From Eledone cirrhosa (Eukaryota), in NCBI GenBank assembly GCA_964016885.1, contig OZ024756.1, positions 39,494,001 to 39,558,000 on the forward strand: a DNA stretch of 64,000 nucleotides, given 5' to 3'. Within the stretch, counting starts at the first letter, position 1. Each line of letters starts with the position of its first letter. This document shows, piece after piece, positions 56,407 to 64,000 of this stretch. Under the pieces are notes generated by a model, which saw only the letters and a list, made by a program, of their open reading frames with translations, was not told the DNA's origin and did no database searches. The translations under genes and the position numbers were made by a program.

Positions 56407-56439
<33 letters not shown>

Positions 56440-56441
56440 CA

Positions 56442-56536
<95 letters not shown>

Positions 56537-57169
56537 ATATATATATATGTATAAATATATATATATATATAAATGTATATATATAATAAAATGTGAAGAC
56601 TAAAATCCATATATATATATAAAAAAGAATTTATTTGACCAAAGAAAATTAGTCTAAATAGTAGGACATAGTCCCCTTAATGAAAAGAAAATAATATTAG
56701 GATCTGGAGTACTCAATCCCTCACTTTCATGTTTGCCGGGTTAAAATGCTACCATTGCAGAAAAATATATATGCATATGTTTTTACGTATTCATGTACGG
56801 ATGTGCGTGGTAGTTTATTTCGTTTGAAATAGTTATATATACATATCTTTATGTATTTTCTTACTTGCACCTATGCTTATACGAAGTATAAGCAGAGGTA
56901 TATGTGCATGTGTGTGTATAAGTATGTGTTATCATATCTCTGTATATCTGTGAAAGTGTATGTGTTTATTCATGTGTGGCATTTTGTATTTTTACATGTT
57001 TAATTTTCCCTCACCCTATCTCCCGTTTCAACTCAACATTTTTTCAAATCTGATGGAATTCATTACATTTTCTGCCCACGTTCCCCAGTTCCTCCTTATT
57101 TATTCTCCTTCCGCCTTAATTCTCTAATTTTATTCACCATTTAACACTAGTTAACATTTATTTTTTATT

Positions 57170-57204
57170 GTTTTCGACGATGAGTTCTACCCGAAACGTT
57201 AGAC
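57170..57204 (+). ncRNA. Decayed minimal hammerhead upstream of the GPCR
   Basis: GTTT tcGACGA tgagttctaccc GAAA CG T T AGAC; core and stem II are mutated. Confidence 0.35.
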
Positions 57205-57769
57205 GTCTTTTTCAACTATTTTTATTTTGTTTCTCTATTTTCAGAAATGTTACCATGATTGAGAGACTACACCAAATGTAACTGACAGAAATTTATATCA
57301 TTCATACCATTCCTATTTATTGAACAATTGAATATATCATCTGGATTTGACACGCAATAACTGAAGTTGTTTTAAAATATTTATAAAAATTGGAAAATTT
57401 TACTTTGAGTTTGTCGTATATTCGATTCGATATTCCATTGGGATTCTGGAAGTTTCCATTTATATCAAAAATTCAATGAACACTTGTGATCTTCATGGTC
57501 ATATTTGAATACATAAATACATACAAATATTCACACATTTACAGTCGTGTCTTTCATATATATTTCACGGATAATTTTGACATTCGATTCATATTTAATT
57601 TCCTTTTTTTCTTCTTTTCTTTTTTTGTACTTTCCTTCCTTACTTCACCTTTTTCTTTTTTTACTTTTCATTTTATTTCTTCTTGAAATATTTAATCTCT
57701 ATTCACTTCTCATTTCTAATTCCTCCTCTTCTCCCTTTTATATCATTTCGATTTCGTATTGATTTTTTT

Positions 57770-57799
57770 ACCTCCTTCTTTCTTTTTCTGACACATAGG
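57770..57799 (+). promoter_or_regulatory. Possible 3' splice acceptor of a 5'-UTR intron of the GPCR
   Basis: Long pyrimidine tract ending ttctttttctgacacatag|g about 80 nt upstream of the ATG. Confidence 0.3.
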
Positions 57800-57879
57800 T
57801 TCTCAATTTTCACAGTTTCTGTTATTCTATTCATTCGTCCAATATTTATTTAACTTTTATTTCATATACCGAATCAAAA

Positions 57880-58974
57880 ATGGAGACAACTAACCCAAGT
57901 CTCGGTAATTTCTCTATTGAATCTCTGGAATCCAATGTTACATTTCTACGACCTTATATTGACAATAGTGTACAACGTATGTACATTCAAATCGTCAACA
58001 GGATGCTAACGTATGTGCCACCAATTTTGTTGTCTCTCGGGATGATAAGTGACTCTTTAGCATTAGTAGTTCTACGACAGTCCTCTTTACGACAATGTTC
58101 AGTAGGTTTCTACTTACGAGTCTTCATCATTATCGACATAATTGTTCGAGTTTTAAAACCGGCTCTCGAATGGATAATTACCTATTTCCATTTAACTCAT
58201 ATACCCTACATTTCTGATCCGCTGTGTCGTTTGTGGCAATTTAGTTGGAATGTTCTCTATTCGTCTGCTACATGGTTGGCAGTCTGCATGGTCGTCGACC
58301 GCTATATTATTCTCTGGCATTCCCGAAAAGCAACAGAGCGTTGCAATATATTTATGTCAAAAGTAGCCATTGCTATGGTATTCACAGGTCTCGTTGTTAT
58401 AAACATACATGCCATGTGGAGTGCTTACTTCACATTGGGGCATTGCAATCAAATTCACCCAGACAACCCCAAGATGCATGAATTAATATGGTTCTGGGTT
58501 TCCATGTCAGCTAACTATTACATTCCATTAATACTCTTATTAATCTTCGATATTGCTATAGTTTTTGGTATTATTATCAAAGGAGACAGAAGCAATTACT
58601 TCGGTCAACTGGCTACGGAAGAGTACGAAATGACATCGGTCAGTACTGTAATTTGCATAACATTCTTCTTGATCACATCACCCGAACATATCTGCTATTT
58701 ACTGGAGGATAATGTCAAATTTACAGGAAAGAGTTTAGTTTTATTATATGTTACGGTGACAGTAGCCCAACTTCTCACACTTTTTAACTCCGTCCTCATG
58801 TTTATTTTTTGTCTTTTGTTTTCACCTTCCTTTAGAAGCACTTTCATTGAAATTTTCGTAAATATTTTCCGGCGAAAACTTTCTCACTCAGAATATGAGC
58901 TTGCTACGGCTAATAATAATACAGAGAGTACAGCTTTGGAGATTGATAACCCAAGTCACAACACCAGCAGCTAA
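57880..58974 (+). CDS. Single-exon rhodopsin-like (class A) GPCR, 364 aa; resembles the expanded invertebrate FMRFamide/peptide-receptor-like orphan receptors
   Basis: Non-repetitive ORF with 7 hydrophobic segments and N-terminal NFS/NVT glycosylation sequons. Motifs: TM2 YLxxxxxxD, Cys at the top of TM3 (DPLCRL), SxxWxxVxMxxDRY, ECL2 Cys, TM5 Pro (YYIP), TM6 FxxxxxP, TM7 NS and helix 8 SPSFR. Confidence 0.92.
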   Translation: METTNPSLGNFSIESLESNVTFLRPYIDNSVQRMYIQIVNRMLTYVPPILLSLGMISDSLALVVLRQSSLRQCSVGFYLRVFIIIDIIVRVLKPALEWIITYFHLTHIPYISDPLCRLWQFSWNVLYSSATWLAVCMVVDRYIILWHSRKATERCNIFMSKVAIAMVFTGLVVINIHAMWSAYFTLGHCNQIHPDNPKMHELIWFWVSMSANYYIPLILLLIFDIAIVFGIIIKGDRSNYFGQLATEEYEMTSVSTVICITFFLITSPEHICYLLEDNVKFTGKSLVLLYVTVTVAQLLTLFNSVLMFIFCLLFSPSFRSTFIEIFVNIFRRKLSHSEYELATANNNTESTALEIDNPSHNTSS

Positions 58975-59166
58975 ATTTTTGTCTCAAGCTGGTGTTCATT
59001 CGTCATTAAATTAATTTTTCATGTCCTGGTAGATAATTCCTTTCTAGTTCTCAGCAACTGAAAGCTATGGTTTAACTGTCATTTCAAATCATTGATTATT
59101 TCTATAAACATTCACACAGACGCTCACACATACATACTTACATACATACATGCATACATGCATACA

Positions 59167-59235
<69 letters not shown>

Positions 59236-59391
59236 TATATATATTCATATAGTGAAAGATTGAAGAATAACATGGTCGGCTGTACAAAAAGGGGTTTATT
59301 GAGTCAAACAAAGCCGTACGTTAAAACTATCCACGATACAGAATACTCACAACCTCTAACTGGATTACCTATAACGATAACTTATTATCCC

Positions 59392-59442
<51 letters not shown>

Positions 59443-60207
59443 CATATATATATACATACATATATACATATAAATACATATATAAATATATATATACACA
59501 TATATATATATATATATATACATATATACATATATATATACATATATATATATATACATACATACAACATACATATATACATATACATATACATACATAC
59601 ATACATACATACATACATACATACATACATACATACATACATACATACATACATACATACATAAATAAATATACCACAAATCTTTATTGAACAAATGACA
59701 TTTGTTTTCTACTAAACTAAAGAACACATAAGACACCAGAAAAGTGTGAAGAAGTTTTTAAATAATTAACAAATATTTGATCTCTATAACTGAAAAATAA
59801 AACAACCTTTTATCCTCCTATGATAACAATTATCATATTGTGAAAACAACAAAACAAACATTTACAAAATTCTTAATGTCAATTCAAAATATACGCTACT
59901 ATTTTTTCTTTAAAAGAGACTACGAAAACACAGAACTGAAAACTGTGTACAAACAAGAGGTATAAGGGTGGGGATGCTGTGTTATTCAAATGTTATATTA
60001 TTACAGAAAATTGAAGTATATTCTGAATTTGTTCCCAAATTCTTTATTACATTACTTTCTCGTTTTCAGGTGGCTGTGGTTTCTAGGAGTGATTAATTCT
60101 AGTATGCTTACCATTTAGTCTGAAATGTTGTTTGCTGGAAGTATCAAGGATTCAGACGAACGCTATACTCAGACAGAGAAACGTTGTATATATATATATA
60201 TATATAT

Positions 60208-60401
60208 ATAGGAAAAAGTATGACCCCGACGGCAGAGCTCAAACCGTTTCGACGCCTATTTCTGGACTCAGAAATAGCCGTCGAAACGGCTTGAGCTCTG
60301 CCGTCGGGGTCATACTTTTTCCTCTTTCCCACTCTACTACCCTAAGTATTGAGTACTCTGGTGCGTTATGGTCCATCTGGTTCCTTACCACAATTCCTTT
60401 G

Positions 60402-60405
<4 letters not shown>
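60208..60405 (+). mobile_element. Fold-back PLE-like mini-element, family B
   Basis: Opposite-orientation copy; arms 60208-60322; (TA)n on both sides. Confidence 0.75.
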
Positions 60406-60496
<91 letters not shown>

Positions 60497-60503
60497 CATA
60501 TAC

Positions 60504-60552
<49 letters not shown>

Positions 60553-60581
60553 CATATATATATATACATATATATATATAC

Positions 60582-60658
<77 letters not shown>

Positions 60659-60663
60659 TATAT

Positions 60664-60832
<169 letters not shown>

Positions 60833-61226
60833 AAAAGAATGTCTGAAACTAATATGACCTGGTGAAATATAATGGTAGAGCTGGAGACATAGAATGAGGA
60901 ACGTAAATATCTTATAAAAAATTGGAGAAGCAAAACAAGATGACGAAGATTAAGCTAGATATGAAAGTGGTGGAAAGAAGACATGAAGTTGATTACATTT
61001 ATGGATAATCGATTGGTTGGTTCTGGTATATTTCCTTCTAGAACATTAATAAACGATATATATATATATATTTATAGTTATGTATGAATGTATTTATATA
61101 AATATGTATATATGTATGTATATATATGTATATATATGTATATGTGTATATGTATGTATATATGTATGTATATATATGTATATACATATGTGTATTTATA
61201 TATATATATATATGTATATATATATG

Positions 61227-61316
<90 letters not shown>

Positions 61317-61386
61317 CAATTCTAATTTTTTATGTATATATATGTATATACATTTATATGTATGTGTGTATGGATACAAATATGTA

Positions 61387-61435
<49 letters not shown>

Positions 61436-61467
61436 TTATATATGTATAGATACATATATATACACAC

Positions 61468-61572
<105 letters not shown>

Positions 61573-62460
61573 ATTGACTTTCCGCTCTCCAAAATTCTTG
61601 GCCTTGCGCCAAACATAGAACCAATTATTATATCATCATCATCATCATTATCATCATAATCATTGACAAGTCCATCATAATGAACATCACTAGTATTATA
61701 CTTTCCTTGTTATCAGTATTATATCATCACCAATAACGACACCATCGTCATATTCCAGAACGAACACATGATACTACGAAATATAAAACTAGAAATGTTT
61801 CAGTACGTCAGATACAAAGGCACCTGTGAACTCTGAATTGCATTAGATAATTAGATTTTGGAGTGATTTTAAAAGAATTTAATTGATGACTTGGAGTGTT
61901 TAATATAGTTTCTAATTTACCAAACCTACGTAATTGTAAAACTGTTATAATAATGATAGGGATTCGTTCGTGATTGTAATTAGATTAGCTAATTAACAAT
62001 GAATTGAAAGAGATTACAATTCTCTGATCACTCACTACGCTAAAATTAATTGCTTGAGAACAAAGTGGGCCATATTTGGGTTAATTAATTTGAAAGGTAA
62101 GATGTTTCCCTCTAGAAAATTAAGGTTTCTATATACATATATATCTTCCACATCTGATTATTTGATCTACCCTCACCACAACTATTATTCCTTAGTCCTC
62201 ATACTCCACAGCGATCTTTCTACCCCCGATACTTCAGTATTTCATTTTTACTACTATATCTACTCAAGGTTTGAAATGTGAAGAATACACATCACTGTTT
62301 CCATTTCCAGCAACGCCATTGAAAAGATGATGTAAACAATTACTATTCATTACAATTATTATCATTAAAATTATTATATATATTTATATATATTTATATA
62401 TATATATATATTTATATATATATTTATATATATATTTATATATATATTTATATATATATT

Positions 62461-62511
<51 letters not shown>

Positions 62512-62522
62512 GTATATATATT

Positions 62523-62597
<75 letters not shown>

Positions 62598-62616
62598 ATT
62601 TATATATATATATATT

Positions 62617-62695
<79 letters not shown>

Positions 62696-62696
62696 T

Positions 62697-62727
<31 letters not shown>

Positions 62728-62738
62728 TTATATATATA

Positions 62739-62792
<54 letters not shown>

Positions 62793-62875
62793 ATTTATCA
62801 ATGAGTAGAACTGGTGGTTCTGGTTAGTAAACCATGTTGCAATAAATTAATTAAAGCACTCAACGTTATGCAGGT

Positions 62876-62945
62876 CATCCTGGTAGATGTGTACATCCTG
62901 GTAGATGTGTACATCCTGGTAGATGTGTACATCCTGGTAGATGTG
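62876..62945. repeat. 18-bp tandem repeat x4
   Basis: catcctggtagatgtgta. Confidence 0.9.
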
Positions 62946-64000
62946 ATATTGGTGCAGGAACTAAGTAAAGTATTCATTAAACAACAACAGAAGGCCGAAC
63001 TGGAATATATGCTTTAGAATTTTAATTCCGCGAATCGCCATATATATTAGCAAGCTATAAGCAATCAGTATCAGGTTACGCAGTTTTTATTTCAACATAC
63101 TTTCTTGCAGAGTCAAATCATATTGAGGTGTCCGAAGCTACTATGAAATTTTTGTTTAAAGATCTGACAGATGAGATTAAATCAACAGCCAGAAGTGTTC
63201 ATCATTCTAATGATGTTACAAATCTTGCTTCCAATGAAGCCCAAGAAGTGAGCTGATAAATATATATTAGCTTTTGTCTGAATTATCTCTAAGCCATCTT
63301 ACCAAACAAAAAAAGAGATTTAATACTTATGTAAAACCTTATATACAATCTCTAGAAAGAAAAATAAAAGTTACCTCTCTGTGTTGTATAATATATACTC
63401 ATGCATTGCAGAGGACGAGCGTTAATCTAATGTACTTGTTATTTCTAACCTGAAAAACAAAAGACCAGAAAAGGTAGTTTGGTGAATTACATGGTTAATG
63501 TTTGTGAACAATGATAGACGGCAAACGTATCTGCTATAGCAGATACGTTTGCGAAATATGTGTACCATTAAAACAATTATGTGAGAATAAGATGTAGCTT
63601 AGAATAGAATGAGAAGCCATTAAATGTTATATTTTTAATACAAAAATATACAAAACATAAAAAGTATATATAATAAACTGAAATTGATCAAATAGGATAT
63701 TATGTTCTCACAGATCATGAGATACAATATTTATAGCTGAAATCTTAGAATGTGCAAGAAATCCTATGTAATTACAAGATCATACATGATAAATCATAGA
63801 AAGAGAATAGAAAATAATTAACTAGATACATGATAGTTTGCTAAAAATAAGAAGGATCTTAAAAACATGCTAAACTGTTGAGAATGCGTTGAGAAATTTA
63901 TTAAGAACGATAAAAGAAATGTGTAAGGATCTAACGCAAATAAAACAACAAAACTATGTTTAAATGTATAAAATGTAGTGATGTGTAGTTAAAAGATGGA

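Overview
AT-rich, microsatellite-saturated animal genomic DNA. The SINE families and the abundance of (TA)n suggest a coleoid cephalopod, probably octopus; this is an inference. Only one credible intact gene is present: a single-exon rhodopsin-like (class A) GPCR at 57880-58974. Nearly all other ORFs in the track are microsatellite artefacts. The rest is transposon-derived: more than 20 tRNA-derived SINE copies or fragments of two types, RTE and CRE LINE fragments, a Penelope-like element (PLE) reverse transcriptase fragment, a non-autonomous Helitron, a deleted mariner and several minisatellites. The main unexplained signal is a set of short, mostly unrelated inserts, most sitting in (TA)n tracts. 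They carry about 20 type I hammerhead ribozyme motifs, most with palindromic or minimal stem III. About 16 inserts are fold-back palindromes whose apex lies at or just 5' of the ribozyme. Two families carry a compensatory U3-A8 catalytic core. All structures were folded by eye; no database search or cleavage assay was possible.
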